Of a stretch of DNA of 64,000 nt, positions 1-10,581 are shown piece by piece. This stretch comes from Escherichia phage UPEC01, in the sequence record MW233709; one strand, 5' to 3'. Numbering within the stretch: the stretch's first letter is position 1; each line of letters opens with the position of its first letter. A model generated the notes under the pieces. That model saw nothing but the letters and a program-made list of their open reading frames with translations. It did no database searches and was not told the origin of the DNA. A program made the position numbers and the translations under genes.

Positions 1-1213
1 GCGTGACCTGGAATGTGGTGCATCCGTATCGATTGCGAATAAAGTTTGGAAAGGTTTAATTCCTGAGCAGCCACAGATGCTCGCTTCTTCTTATGATGAA
101 GCAGGTATTGCCAAGAACATTAAGTTCCCGGCCTTTGCACAATTGAAAGCCGATGGCGCCAGGTGTTTTGCAGAAGTTCGTGGCGATGAGTTGGATGATG
201 TTCGATTGCTATCCCGAGCTGGTAACGAATACCTTAAGCTTGACCTCCTTAAAAAGGAATTGATTGAAGCTACCCGTGAAGCGCGTGAGAGACATCCTGA
301 GGGCGTTTTAATTGATGGCGAGTTAGTATACCATGAACAGAAAGTAGCTCCCCAGAATGACGGTTTGGGCTTCCTTTTTGACGATATGCCTGAGCTTAGC
401 AAAGCAAAAGAATTTGCAGAATTTGCAGAATCAAGAACCTTTTCAAATGGGCTGGCAAACAAATCATTGAAAGGAACTATTTCTGCAACAGAAGCTTCTT
501 GCATGAAATTTCAGGTTTGGGATTATGTTCCACTGATTGAAGTCTATTCTGATGTTAAGATTCTCAATCCATTGAAATATGATGTGCGTTTTTCTGTTCT
601 GGAAAAAATGATTGCAGATAACGTGGTGCTGCATGGTTTCGACCGCATGATTCTGATTGAAAACCATGTTGTTAACAATCTCGATGAAGCGAAGGTTATC
701 TATAAGAAATATGTGGATGAAGGCCTTGAAGGTATTATCCTTAAGAACATGGCATCGATTTGGGAAAACAAGCGCTCAAAGAACTTGTACAAGTTCAAAG
801 AAGTAATTGACATTGCAATGGAAATCATTGGATATTACGAGCACGATAAAGACCCGAATAAGATTGGCGGTGTTGTGCTTCGTTCTTCTTGTGGTAAGAT
901 TACAAATAACTGTGGTTCTGGCTTTAAAGACACAACTCAAGTTAAAGATAAGAAAACCAAAAAATGGGTTACTATTCCGATTGAGGAGCGTCATGAAATG
1001 GACCGTGAAGCCTTGATGGTTAAAGCTCGTAAAGGTGAATTGGTTGGAATGATTGCCGACTGTGAATGTAATGGTTGGTTGACTTCCGAGACTCGTAAAG
1101 ATAATACGGTTGCATTGTTCCTGCCGATTATCAAAGGGTTCCGTTTCGATAAAGACCATGCAGACACATTCGAAGATGTATTTGGCGACTGGGCAAAGAC
1201 CGGGTTAAAATAA
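1..1213 (+). CDS. 30: ATP-dependent DNA ligase, 5'-partial (reading frame begins at nt 2; N-terminus lies upstream of window)
   Basis: Translation from nt 2 reads RDLECGASVSIANKVW...QMLASSYDE...FAQLKADGARCFAEVRGDELDDV (KxDG adenylation motif) and ends ...ECECNGWL...TFEDVFGDW; near-identical to T4 gp30 as recalled. Stop TAA 1211-1213. Confidence 0.95.
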   Translation, partial: RDLECGASVSIANKVWKGLIPEQPQMLASSYDEAGIAKNIKFPAFAQLKADGARCFAEVRGDELDDVRLLSRAGNEYLKLDLLKKELIEATREARERHPEGVLIDGELVYHEQKVAPQNDGLGFLFDDMPELSKAKEFAEFAESRTFSNGLANKSLKGTISATEASCMKFQVWDYVPLIEVYSDVKILNPLKYDVRFSVLEKMIADNVVLHGFDRMILIENHVVNNLDEAKVIYKKYVDEGLEGIILKNMASIWENKRSKNLYKFKEVIDIAMEIIGYYEHDKDPNKIGGVVLRSSCGKITNNCGSGFKDTTQVKDKKTKKWVTIPIEERHEMDREALMVKARKGELVGMIADCECNGWLTSETRKDNTVALFLPIIKGFRFDKDHADTFEDVFGDWAKTGLK

Positions 1214-1214
1214 C

Positions 1215-1236
1215 AAAAGGGCTTCGGCCCTTTTTT
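1215..1236 (+). terminator. rho-independent terminator after DNA ligase (GGGC-UUCG-GCCC + U6)
   Basis: AAAAGGGCTTCGGCCCTTTTTT. Confidence 0.8.
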
Positions 1237-1238
1237 AG

Positions 1239-1246
1239 TATAAATA
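1239..1246 (+). promoter_or_regulatory. late promoter TATAAATA (alt)
   Basis: Exact T4 late-promoter octamer 25 nt upstream of the alt ATG. Confidence 0.7.
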
Positions 1247-1271
1247 CATCATATTTTATAAGGAACCTATT

Positions 1272-3332
1272 ATGTCTGAACAATTAAATGAACTCTTTGA
1301 CAAATATATCGAAGCCTTCGGTTATCCTGTCATTAATATGAACCCAAAATACAAGGTCCCACAGGTTTGGCAATTCGGTGTTCCTGGGACAAATTCTCTT
1401 ATGGCTCGTTTGATGCAATTCACGGGCAAAGAAACGGTTAAACAATATAAACGCGGTGATGCGATTGCCGAGGTATTTCTGTTATCCGGGACTTCACATG
1501 GCCATGCTATTCCTCTGAAGGGTGGTCTAGGTGAAAAACCTCTTGACGCGATTAACCTGATTTTTGTTACAGTCTGGGAAAGCATTAAACTAGGTAAACC
1601 TGATGTAGTCTTGTTCCGTTTCCCATCCAAAAAGATGAAAGGACAAGACCAAGCTGTTATTCGTATTATGAATCGACTGATTCAAATGAAAACCAGCGGA
1701 CGTTATCATGTTCTTCCGAATGCTTCTGGCCTCGGTAAAAAGAACGCTTATGTAATTATGTACAAAAAGGGTGTTGACCTGCTTTCGGTTGATGGTATGC
1801 CACCAGTCCCTGAGAAATATCAAAAAGTTGAAACTAAAGTTGGCGATGTATTCACCAATAAAGATACAGGCGCGCAAGTCTCCAAACAAGAAATCGCAGC
1901 CGAAGTTCTGATTAACGCAGCAAACAAAAAGACCGACGCAGCTGTTGCCCAGAAAACTAAAATCAGTCGCCGAGCTATTGCACAAGCCCAGTACGCACCA
2001 AGTGATTCCGTGCCAGAAGGTTGGGACGAAATTGATGCAGAAGCTGCTAAGTTTAGTCGACCGGCTACGGCAGAACTTATCGATGATTATGAAGAACTGG
2101 AAATTTTTGTTCGACCTTCCGAAACGAATACTATGGCTCGTATGCGCGCCGCGGATACGGCTATGCGAGCAAATGGTGTTTGGAAAGAAGAAATTCGTGT
2201 TGAAGACTCTGACCCAATTTTTAACCGTATGCATCGTGAACTTAAACGTGCCCCAGTTGGTAGCATGAAGCAGATGCAGATTTTTGCCGAATCATGCGCA
2301 GAGATTCTTAACCTTCGCAAAGCCGCATTTATCGAAAGAAAAATGAATGATGCTCCTCCTAACCTGGATGCAGCCACTTATGCAGCCTCGCTCTGGGAAA
2401 AAGAATACACAAGCGCCATTCGTGTTGCAGTTAAAGACTTTGCCGAAGAAGCATCAGAAAATACTCTTAATTTCACAGCAGGGTATACTGACAACCGTTT
2501 CCATTATGGCCAGCGAGAAGCAATTGCAGATTATTGTGGAGCAAACTATGCCGATATTAATAATTATTTGATGGGCAAATATTATGAAGAAGAAGCTGAA
2601 TTCCTAAATCTAGACAGAGTTGTCGAAACAATTAAGGAATTGGATTCGGCCTTTGAAATTGGACATAAGTTGCCGCCTAATACAACTCTTTGGCGTGGTC
2701 AATATTTAAATGTTCCTACATTTGATAAAATTAAGCAATCGAAATTATTTTATTTCAGGAACTATGTATCAACGTCGTTTAAACCGATTATCTTTGGTGG
2801 TTGGGTGGCGAACGTTGCTATGGCTGCAGTTCATCAGGACTATCGTGATGGGACATCTTTCCAGGCTGATGACGAAATTGTTTTACCAGATATGCCGGAT
2901 GCACGCCGCGACCACGTAATGATGCATGTTGGTTGGAAAATTTCTGGGGCGGACTTAATTAACGTAATTGTTCCTGGGGAATTGTCAAGCAACCCGTCCG
3001 AGCAGGAAGTTATTCTTCCTCGTGGGACTGTAGTTAAGATTACCAAAATTACTGATGCTTCGTATCAAGGAAACGCGAACGTCAAAATGCTGGAAGCTGA
3101 TATCCAGACTACGGACCAACTGGATGAAAATGCAGTTATCTATGATGGCGATGTGTTGATGGAAACTGGTGAGCTTGTCGTTTATCAGGGCGAGGAAACA
3201 GAAGAGCCAGTAGAATCTGTTGACTTTGCATCGTTTGCATCCTCTGGTGTAACGAAGAAAGTCAATCAAGGTCTTGGTATTCTTGCTAGTTGTATTAATT
3301 TGGAAGCTATTCCTCCTAAATTCCTTTCGTAG
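1272..3332 (+). CDS. alt: Alt, packaged ADP-ribosyltransferase
   Basis: 686 aa; segments ETKVGDVFTNKDTGAQV...KISRRAIAQAQ, FYFRNYVSTS, LMETGELV and C-terminal DFASFASS...GILASCI match T4 Alt (about 682 aa, recalled); late promoter TATAAATA 25 nt upstream. Confidence 0.9.
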   Translation: MSEQLNELFDKYIEAFGYPVINMNPKYKVPQVWQFGVPGTNSLMARLMQFTGKETVKQYKRGDAIAEVFLLSGTSHGHAIPLKGGLGEKPLDAINLIFVTVWESIKLGKPDVVLFRFPSKKMKGQDQAVIRIMNRLIQMKTSGRYHVLPNASGLGKKNAYVIMYKKGVDLLSVDGMPPVPEKYQKVETKVGDVFTNKDTGAQVSKQEIAAEVLINAANKKTDAAVAQKTKISRRAIAQAQYAPSDSVPEGWDEIDAEAAKFSRPATAELIDDYEELEIFVRPSETNTMARMRAADTAMRANGVWKEEIRVEDSDPIFNRMHRELKRAPVGSMKQMQIFAESCAEILNLRKAAFIERKMNDAPPNLDAATYAASLWEKEYTSAIRVAVKDFAEEASENTLNFTAGYTDNRFHYGQREAIADYCGANYADINNYLMGKYYEEEAEFLNLDRVVETIKELDSAFEIGHKLPPNTTLWRGQYLNVPTFDKIKQSKLFYFRNYVSTSFKPIIFGGWVANVAMAAVHQDYRDGTSFQADDEIVLPDMPDARRDHVMMHVGWKISGADLINVIVPGELSSNPSEQEVILPRGTVVKITKITDASYQGNANVKMLEADIQTTDQLDENAVIYDGDVLMETGELVVYQGEETEEPVESVDFASFASSGVTKKVNQGLGILASCINLEAIPPKFLS

Positions 3333-3334
3333 GG

Positions 3335-3364
3335 GTTTACAAGCACAAGGAAGTGCGATACAAT
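3335..3364 (+). promoter_or_regulatory. candidate early promoter (GTTTAC, 18 nt, TACAAT)
   Basis: T4-early-like -35/-10 pair between alt and ORF 3396. Confidence 0.35.
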
Positions 3365-3395
3365 GTTCATATCAATTGCACATGAGGAAAACAAA

Positions 3396-3686
3396 ATGAA
3401 ATCATCTTTTCGCTTTAATGGTCAGGAACTGGTAGTTGAGAATGTTATCCCGGCTTCAGAAGAGTTTGACAGCGCGGTGGGTAATGAACTGCGGCGTGTG
3501 TTTGGCGAAGATAAGAAGTTTGACCTTCGCCCTGTTGAAAACTTTGTAAATTCTGAACAAACAGAAAATATTTTTAATGGTGTAGTAACTGGGCAACTTG
3601 AATCTGAAGCACCAATTGCAATTACAGTCTTTGCTAAGAAAGAAGTTGTAATGACTGCAGCAGGTTTCATTTCATTCCGCAAATAA
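3396..3686 (+). CDS. hypothetical small protein (alt-adjacent, possibly alt.-1-like)
   Basis: 96-aa ORF from internal ATG of the track ORF 3363..3686; candidate early promoter upstream and terminator hairpin directly downstream. Confidence 0.55.
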   Translation: MKSSFRFNGQELVVENVIPASEEFDSAVGNELRRVFGEDKKFDLRPVENFVNSEQTENIFNGVVTGQLESEAPIAITVFAKKEVVMTAAGFISFRK

Positions 3687-3715
3687 AAAAGGGACCTTCG
3701 GGTCCCTTTCTTTTT
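3685..3715. terminator. bidirectional terminator (GGGACC-UUCG-GGUCCC) between ORF 3396 and gene 54
   Basis: A-run, perfect 6-bp stem with UUCG loop, T-run; identical hairpin recurs at 16341 and inverted at 40801. Confidence 0.8.
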
Positions 3716-4673
3716 ATAATATACGTTGACTTCCACCAGAGACTGTTCTCCCAGAACCAGTGAACGTATTGTACAGACTTGTTAATCCAGATTGAGCACC
3801 AGACAAGCGGCTCAATCTGGCAACTTCTGAGTTCAAGTTGTTATCTGAACTAATACCAGATACACCTTTAATAACCTTATCTTCCAACCATTCCAATGCC
3901 GCAGCTCTTCCCACCGCACCAGTTGACATAACGCGATAAGCAAAAGTCACATCAAATGTAGCTATCTGATTATCCCCTTCATAACTCAATTCAGGTGCAG
4001 ATACACTTACAGGAACACAACCAGTTAACATAACAACCGTATGCGGTAACCCATTACGCGAATGAAGGTTAACCTGAATATCAGCTTCAACGTCTTCAGG
4101 CAAGGCCCTTAGCTGGGTAACTGGGTCCTGTACAGAGTTGACCCAATCGTTAAATGCTCTAAAGTTCCCTGCCTCTGAATCCATTCTAAAGCTCAATACC
4201 AACGGAGAATATTCTCTCCCGGTTATCTTGATATTTGGTGCATTATGGTTAAGGTCCATTTCGTAGTTCAATGTGTTATCCGGAAGCTTAACAGAGTGAA
4301 CTAATAGACCAGCCGTTGGATAAGCCATATTAAAGAAATCAAGCAGGTAAGTACCAACCTCAAATTCCCCTAGTAACGATTGCACAACACGGTTACTCAT
4401 TGCCCCGATAAGATATTTGCTTATCCCTGATTTGCGAATAAGCTTTTGTGTCCCGGCAGTAACAAGAGTTGTTATCCCCTGAGTTAAGTCACCTTGTGTT
4501 AATCCGAACCAATCTGAGTTAACAGGAAGGTTACTGAATAATGCGCCACCGAACTGGTCCAGAAGATTCTGAGATTTGGAGGAAGGCGTGGTCGCGAAGA
4601 CCACACTAAAAAGGTTATTCCTCTGCAAGTCGATATTAATCGCTTGTGTTTGAAATTCTTGTAAAGTAAACAT
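3714..4673 (-). CDS. 54: baseplate tail-tube initiator gp54
   Basis: 319 aa; position and size match T4 gp54 (320 aa recalled), downstream of 48 in the 29-48-54 block. Confidence 0.8.
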   Translation of the reverse strand: MFTLQEFQTQAINIDLQRNNLFSVVFATTPSSKSQNLLDQFGGALFSNLPVNSDWFGLTQGDLTQGITTLVTAGTQKLIRKSGISKYLIGAMSNRVVQSLLGEFEVGTYLLDFFNMAYPTAGLLVHSVKLPDNTLNYEMDLNHNAPNIKITGREYSPLVLSFRMDSEAGNFRAFNDWVNSVQDPVTQLRALPEDVEADIQVNLHSRNGLPHTVVMLTGCVPVSVSAPELSYEGDNQIATFDVTFAYRVMSTGAVGRAAALEWLEDKVIKGVSGISSDNNLNSEVARLSRLSGAQSGLTSLYNTFTGSGRTVSGGSQRIL

Positions 4674-5767
4674 TAGAAACCTTCCGCATATAGTGAGCCA
4701 CGGTTAAGCGTAATGATTTCACGGAAAGTGATTTCAAGTACAAAAGTCGATGGCAGGTTAGGAGCAATAGCTAATCCACCGAAATGACCATCCGGAGATT
4801 TATCGAATCTTATGCTCTGAATCTGACATGGCCCAAATAGCTCCCCACGGCCATCGTACGAGCTTGTATCACCGAAGTTGCGGATATACCAGATAGTAGG
4901 GTTAGAGACCACCAGAACGTTCGTTAGGAAGCTTGTTATCTCTTCACCGAGCAACTTGCCGTCAAAGTTATCGATTGCTTCCTTTTTGAAGGTGGATTTA
5001 TACCATGTATCGATTTTATCTTTCAGCTCGGAAGCAAACGAACTTTTACCGGTTTCCCCATAGGAGTAATAGTTAAAAATCTCGTATATCTTCACTATCT
5101 GGATTAAGTCCTGGGCCGAACGTGGAGTCATTTCCCAGGTGTAAACTTTTGTCCTGTTATCAGGACCAGCATACATGCTTCGCGCGGTTGTGTAAATCTG
5201 TTCGCCGTGGTCGGCCATTACACCATTTGTAACTGATTCGAGGGCGCCGAAAACTGCAGTCGATGCGATGTTACTAAGAATACCTGTAGCTGAGCCGCCA
5301 CCTTTCGTAATAAGAGATTCACCAACATCGTTGAATCGGTGCGATACGGATTCTACATCAGACTTCGAACGAGGCAACAGGATATTTGCAACAGCGTTTG
5401 AATCAAAACTTTTACCTGTTGAGCCAGCGCCGGTTAATTTCGATTTAGCAAAAGATGTTAAACTTTTAACCGGGTTAAATGAAGCACCATTGGAAACTTT
5501 CTTTAATGAAGTCAATTGGCTTGACCTGTCTGAGCGTAATTCCGGAGATGTTCTTGAACTGAAATTGTATGCCGTGAATAACAGACCATTTTTATAAAGG
5601 TCATTAACTCGCATATCATCTGAAGAATCATTACCGGAAGCTCGTTCTGCTGGATATTGCGCCACAATAGTAGCTTGAGTCTGGGCAGCTTTTGACTGCC
5701 CAGCGGAGGTCTTAGAACCTCCGTTAAATAAACCCGCAATATCAATATCGAGTTCTTTTACTTTCAT
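4673..5767 (-). CDS. 48: baseplate tail-tube cap gp48
   Basis: 364 aa, same length as T4 gp48; ATGA-type overlap with downstream gene 54. Confidence 0.8.
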   Translation of the reverse strand: MKVKELDIDIAGLFNGGSKTSAGQSKAAQTQATIVAQYPAERASGNDSSDDMRVNDLYKNGLLFTAYNFSSRTSPELRSDRSSQLTSLKKVSNGASFNPVKSLTSFAKSKLTGAGSTGKSFDSNAVANILLPRSKSDVESVSHRFNDVGESLITKGGGSATGILSNIASTAVFGALESVTNGVMADHGEQIYTTARSMYAGPDNRTKVYTWEMTPRSAQDLIQIVKIYEIFNYYSYGETGKSSFASELKDKIDTWYKSTFKKEAIDNFDGKLLGEEITSFLTNVLVVSNPTIWYIRNFGDTSSYDGRGELFGPCQIQSIRFDKSPDGHFGGLAIAPNLPSTFVLEITFREIITLNRGSLYAEGF

Positions 5768-5775
5768 GTTATTCC

Positions 5776-7521
5776 TTAGTTAATTCTCGTGGCCTGTCTC
5801 ATGCCAGGGGCAGGGGTTGAACTTTGAGGAGGCATATTGTATTGCGTCCTGGAAGTCTTCTGAATATTATTGACCGTGTTAATTTGTGCCTGAGCTGGTA
5901 CATCCTTGTATTTATTTTCTTTGGCCTTCATGCCTTCGTCAACCTTCGCAGCTTGTTGTGCATCCGGAGAAGTCTTAACATCCGGCGGTTTAACTTTCGG
6001 TTCGTCTTTGAACTTCTCGAGAGACTTATCAAGTTTTTCCAACAGGGCGCGCATATTCAGGTCTTTCGGAGCCCCACCTTTTGCCATAGCTGGGTCAGCT
6101 AATTGTTTTTCAATTTTAGCTCTCATTTCCATCGCATTCTTTTTATCGGTTGCGTCTGGCTTCATTAGGTTGTCAGCAGTTTGGGTCAAACGAATAATAT
6201 CAGCCTGTGCTTTGTCACGCTTCTTGAAATAGTCCAGACGTTCTTCTTCTGGAAGGTCTCTGAAGCTTGTGTCAATACCACCCGCGCGAAGCTGGTCAGC
6301 TTGTTCCTTGGTAAGGTTACCATATTTTTCGGCTTGATTAATTAGTTCAGGTTTATCCTTATACTTCTTATTCATCTTCTCTGCAGCTTCCATTGCTTCG
6401 GCCGAACGTTTGTCATGATATTTTGCTATCTTGGTTTGGTCTTCATCATCCAGAGTTGCCCCTGTATTTTGCTGATAAGACATCAAAGCTGAGGCTTCCA
6501 CATTATCTGCTAAATCGCCCATCCCAGGGATTTTGCTTAAGATAGCTGAAATCAGTTTCGAAATACCAAGCATAAGAAGTTGAGCCATGTTCTTCGTTAA
6601 GTTGACCATTCCGCGAATAATCGCTTCGGCTAATCCTAACCAGTTCCTTTCACTAAACATCGCTTCGGCGTTCTTAGCCCAAGTCATTAGTCCTTCAAGC
6701 AACGGTCCCCATTCTTTGAACTTATCATTAAATTCGGCCCAGCCTTTTTCGAATTGCTTCATGAAATATTGGAAGTAAACTCGTATTGCATCGATACCGA
6801 ATACCAACAACAATAATCCACCAATAAGCTTGGCTGCTTCGGCTGCTGCCGTAATTGTATATTTGAATAGCATCCCGGAGATTCGGTCAGCTACAGAAAT
6901 CGATGCCTTAAATCCTTTTTCGGTTATCTTCGAAAGGGTATCAAGCTTATCACCAAGTGACCAGGTATTAGTCTCTTTACCTTCTGCATCGTTTTTTGGC
7001 TGTTCTGGTTCCGGAATGAAGTCTGCATCGGGCTTTTTTTCTTCTGGCGGTATGAGCGCTGGAACGCTCGCTGTGGGCTTATTCTCTTCAGGCTCTGGTA
7101 GTGCATCCTCCACAGGTTTAAGGCTTTCAGAACCAGCCACAGGAGACGTGACGCCTATTTTACCGCTTATCATTGCACTGAGTTTGTCGAGCTTATCCGA
7201 GAGAATATCCGTGAGGTTTTTAATCCCTTGTTGAGTCTTCTCGGTGGCTTCGGCCGTTAGTTCGACCCCAGCACTGATATCCTGGAGGACCCCATTGTTG
7301 GTCTGGATATTCTCAATAATCTGATTACCCTTATCCTCAATAGCTTCCGATACAAGTTCGGTTGCAGCTTGAGTATTTGTAAGAGTTGTATTCAGATTCG
7401 ATAATTCATCATTCTGTTCAGCAGAGAGGGCTTCCGCCCTCCTTTGTGGTGCTAATTCTTCGATAAGCTTTTTATTAGGTCCACCGCGTCTGAAGCTCGT
7501 TTGTTCGGAGTTTTTATTCAT
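5776..7521 (-). CDS. 29: baseplate hub / tail-length determinator gp29
   Basis: 581 aa (T4 gp29 590 aa recalled); low-complexity Ala/Glu/Lys-rich stretches typical of tape-measure-like proteins; conserved gene order. Confidence 0.8.
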   Translation of the reverse strand: MNKNSEQTSFRRGGPNKKLIEELAPQRRAEALSAEQNDELSNLNTTLTNTQAATELVSEAIEDKGNQIIENIQTNNGVLQDISAGVELTAEATEKTQQGIKNLTDILSDKLDKLSAMISGKIGVTSPVAGSESLKPVEDALPEPEENKPTASVPALIPPEEKKPDADFIPEPEQPKNDAEGKETNTWSLGDKLDTLSKITEKGFKASISVADRISGMLFKYTITAAAEAAKLIGGLLLLVFGIDAIRVYFQYFMKQFEKGWAEFNDKFKEWGPLLEGLMTWAKNAEAMFSERNWLGLAEAIIRGMVNLTKNMAQLLMLGISKLISAILSKIPGMGDLADNVEASALMSYQQNTGATLDDEDQTKIAKYHDKRSAEAMEAAEKMNKKYKDKPELINQAEKYGNLTKEQADQLRAGGIDTSFRDLPEEERLDYFKKRDKAQADIIRLTQTADNLMKPDATDKKNAMEMRAKIEKQLADPAMAKGGAPKDLNMRALLEKLDKSLEKFKDEPKVKPPDVKTSPDAQQAAKVDEGMKAKENKYKDVPAQAQINTVNNIQKTSRTQYNMPPQSSTPAPGMRQATRIN

Positions 7522-8032
7522 TTAGGAGTTCCATTATTTTCAGTAACCCCTTAACAGGACCATTCGGGCCCGGGATTGCTAATGTGCTTGTTATATCGTC
7601 TGCCCACTTAGCAACAAAAGCAGGCATATCCAGAAAGTCTGGAACATCTTCCCCGAGATAAAGGGTCTCCAGGAGATTGTCAACTGGTCCGAATTCTTCA
7701 TACGGTTTATTGGAGCGGAATTTAAATGTCTTTCCTTGATAAGAGAATTCAAGGCGCTGACAGATATAAACATCATCCAGCTTATATGTAAACCCATCAA
7801 TCTCACGTTTGTCTTTTAGCTTACCATTAAATTCCAGAAGATGTAAAGATACAAAGTCGGATTCGGCTGCTGTAAGATTAGGGAATATCGATTGCATAAT
7901 CTTTCTTAATGCAACATAAGGATTAGGTTCGTTTTTAATCAGATTGTGATGCTTGAGTCCAAGCTTGGGAACGTGAATCTCTTTATCACCCAGCTGTATT
8001 TTCTTCGTCGGCAGAATCAGTTTTAAGTTCAT
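7514..8032 (-). CDS. 28: baseplate hub distal subunit gp28 (start uncertain; track ORF extends to 8074)
   Basis: Internal ATG at 8032 preceded by AAGG; begins [11 protein letters not shown]; C-terminus ...[18 protein letters not shown]; size about 172-186 aa vs T4 gp28 177 aa. Confidence 0.7.
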   Translation of the reverse strand: MNLKLILPTKKIQLGDKEIHVPKLGLKHHNLIKNEPNPYVALRKIMQSIFPNLTAAESDFVSLHLLEFNGKLKDKREIDGFTYKLDDVYICQRLEFSYQGKTFKFRSNKPYEEFGPVDNLLETLYLGEDVPDFLDMPAFVAKWADDITSTLAIPGPNGPVKGLLKIMELLNE

Positions 8033-9155
8033 TTTTAACCTTCGGTGGTTCTTCAACTTCGATAGGCTTACCATTGGTAAACATATAGAGGTTTGTAATT
8101 GATGTATTGTTACTCACTTCATGAATAACTTCGTCTACGTAAAAATCATATTTGAATTGGTTCTTAGGGTCAAAGAAATTTATCTTATCACCCGGGGTCA
8201 GTTCAAAGTTCCCGTATGTTTTGCAATGTGCGTAACCGTCATATTGTGACATGGTTATTAATCGCTGAGCTTCCTCGAAACCATTTCGGTATGTGTAATC
8301 TGCATAGCCCCCGGAACGAGATACCAGAATACTGTTTTGTCCTTCCCCAAAAGTTATTCTGGTTGCGTTCTTATCAAGGAATGAATGCGCATACACGGTT
8401 GCGTTTTCATATGGTTTTCTTGTATGTTGGTTCGCCTTTGTTAACCATTCAAAATCGAAGGCTAAAGGAGTAGTCAGGTTTTGTACAAATTGCCCAACCA
8501 ATCGAGGTTCCCCCACCACAAAATTAATTGGCTCTTGTGATGTTAGCCATTCATAATCCTGGATACTTATTCCATCAATATCTTCCCATACAAAAACAAA
8601 TTTATCAGTTTCTACCGACAGGCCAACTTCCCTTATGAATTCCATATATTGGTTCATCGAATCACACCATGGAACGTTAGGAGCATAAACGTTTATGCCG
8701 TTTATTGGTGGGGAAAGTAATGGTCTATCTTGATAAATTACCCCGGTCATTTCGACTAATGTTTCCTGTACGCTCGGGTAAAACATACGACTAAATTTCA
8801 AGTCTTCAATTTCGTGAATAGGAGCCAGCTGAATTGTAATTATGTTATCACCCTTTGAATCCACGGAAACAGCAAAGTGTTTACTTCCATATATTCTGGA
8901 TTGGGTTCGGTCGGAGTTAGCATTCTTAACAGAAATCTGAATAACCTGTTCACCATTCATTTTTGTATGCAGGTTTTTCGTATCATAGAATTGCAAGAGC
9001 CCCTCGTTTCTTCCATAAAGGGAATCACGCATGGTTAACGTTGTAAAGGTGGCAGCTAGTTCCACAAAACGGTGTTCAAGCCATGCATCATAATCTTCGT
9101 AAAGGCGGATGCTGATATTAGGAAAGCCTTCACGCTGCATAGATTTAACTGTCAT
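7986..9155 (-). CDS. 27: baseplate hub subunit gp27
   Basis: 389 aa; ...[57 protein letters not shown] matches T4 gp27 (391 aa) as recalled. Confidence 0.9.
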   Translation of the reverse strand: MTVKSMQREGFPNISIRLYEDYDAWLEHRFVELAATFTTLTMRDSLYGRNEGLLQFYDTKNLHTKMNGEQVIQISVKNANSDRTQSRIYGSKHFAVSVDSKGDNIITIQLAPIHEIEDLKFSRMFYPSVQETLVEMTGVIYQDRPLLSPPINGINVYAPNVPWCDSMNQYMEFIREVGLSVETDKFVFVWEDIDGISIQDYEWLTSQEPINFVVGEPRLVGQFVQNLTTPLAFDFEWLTKANQHTRKPYENATVYAHSFLDKNATRITFGEGQNSILVSRSGGYADYTYRNGFEEAQRLITMSQYDGYAHCKTYGNFELTPGDKINFFDPKNQFKYDFYVDEVIHEVSNNTSITNLYMFTNGKPIEVEEPPKVKNELKTDSADEENTAG

Positions 9156-9904
9156 TTTTTCAAGTCCTTCTCAACTAGTGATAAAGCAATACCTCGTTCA
9201 ATAGGAATCATATGCATGATGCTATCTAGCGAATATTGATTCTTTACCAGCAAGTGGTTAATTTGATAAAATATAAAGACTTCATCCGGGTTAAGGATAA
9301 GCTTAAAGACGTCAAGCAGGTCAGTATATTCGGTTTTGTGCTTTTCACAACAGCCATATGTAAATGGAAGATAAACCGAATGCATTTTCTTAAGGAGTGC
9401 TTCGAGGCTCTCTATATCAATTGCATCGATAACCTGCATCTTTGTTTCTTCAGGGAGGTCTTCCCAATTGTATTTTTGTTCCGAGTCTTCGACGGTCTGG
9501 ATGGTATTCAATACAAGCTCTGACTTATCTTTATATTCCACTTCAGGGAACTTAAACTGTATTTTTATCCCGGCGGTTTCCATCGTTGGATTTACTAATG
9601 GACCCTGATTCATGTTAAACAAAGTCTGCTTTGTCTTTTTACATTTTTGACATTCAAACGCTACCGGGACTTTTGTCTTACCGATAGAGGAAGTGAATAC
9701 CTTCAGGAATATGTAAGGCCTCCATGCTTTTGGATATTCTCCAAAATAATCTTCCAACAGTTCGTCTAATAATTGTTTTTGTTCTTCGACGGGTTTGTTG
9801 TTCATGTCGTTTCGCACAAGCAGTAAATCACGGTAATCAGCGACTGTAAACGGTTTGAAACGATGAACTCCGTCTGGCATTTCACATCTTACGATATTGG
9901 CCAT
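9152..9904 (-). CDS. 51: baseplate hub assembly catalyst gp51
   Basis: 250 aa (T4 gp51 249 aa); Cys-rich (CQKCKK, CCEKH); late promoter 25 nt upstream on minus strand. Confidence 0.8.
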   Translation of the reverse strand: MANIVRCEMPDGVHRFKPFTVADYRDLLLVRNDMNNKPVEEQKQLLDELLEDYFGEYPKAWRPYIFLKVFTSSIGKTKVPVAFECQKCKKTKQTLFNMNQGPLVNPTMETAGIKIQFKFPEVEYKDKSELVLNTIQTVEDSEQKYNWEDLPEETKMQVIDAIDIESLEALLKKMHSVYLPFTYGCCEKHKTEYTDLLDVFKLILNPDEVFIFYQINHLLVKNQYSLDSIMHMIPIERGIALSLVEKDLKK

Positions 9905-9928
9905 AGAATCCCCTTTTATCTTTATTGA

Positions 9929-9940
9929 TATTTATAAATA
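9929..9940. promoter_or_regulatory. back-to-back overlapping late promoters for gene 51 (minus) and gene 26 (plus)
   Basis: TATTTATAAATA: TATAAATA on plus at 9933-9940 and on minus at 9929-9936, each 18-25 nt from its start codon. Confidence 0.7.
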
Positions 9941-9957
9941 CAGTAAAGGAGCAAATT

Positions 9958-10581
9958 ATGACTTATGAATTTATTGTCCAAATTAAAAATAAAACTATAA
10001 ATTGTAGGGCTTTTACCTTGCGCGAATACAAAGATTTGCTTCAGGCAAAATTAGAAAAGCGTATGGAACCTGCAATAATTGAACTGCTTAATAAATGCAC
10101 TGATGCTAAAGGGCTAAACAAACAGGAAGCCGAGCTGCTTCTTATTAATCTCTGGGCAAATAGTCTCGGAGCTGTTAACGTCGAGCATACATGGGTATGT
10201 GAGTGCGGAAAGGAACAAGATATTCCTGTGACTATAAGTCGCGCAAACATCGTGGATGAGTCTGAAGTTATTCGTGATTTCGGGGCGTTTAAAATTAAAT
10301 TCCGTTATCCTGGGCTATTTGAAGACGGTGATAAAGGAAAAATGATTGCTTGCTGTATCGAATATATTATCACGGAAGGCGGTGAGCGCATCGTTGTTGA
10401 TGACTTAAATGAAGCCGAAATCGAGGACCTGTACAATGCAATTACCCTCGATGATATAAATGCACTAACAGAAGAACTTCTCAAGCCACAGGTCCAAATG
10501 GCTATTCCTATCTCTTGCGAGTGTGGAGCACATTCTGTCCATGTAATTAAGGGGCTTAAAGAATTCTTTAAGTTTATGTAA
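9958..10581 (+). CDS. 26: baseplate hub subunit gp26
   Basis: 207 aa from ATG 9958 with AAAGGAG RBS (T4 gp26 208 aa); late promoter TATAAATA 9933-9940. Confidence 0.8.
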   Translation: MTYEFIVQIKNKTINCRAFTLREYKDLLQAKLEKRMEPAIIELLNKCTDAKGLNKQEAELLLINLWANSLGAVNVEHTWVCECGKEQDIPVTISRANIVDESEVIRDFGAFKIKFRYPGLFEDGDKGKMIACCIEYIITEGGERIVVDDLNEAEIEDLYNAITLDDINALTEELLKPQVQMAIPISCECGAHSVHVIKGLKEFFKFM

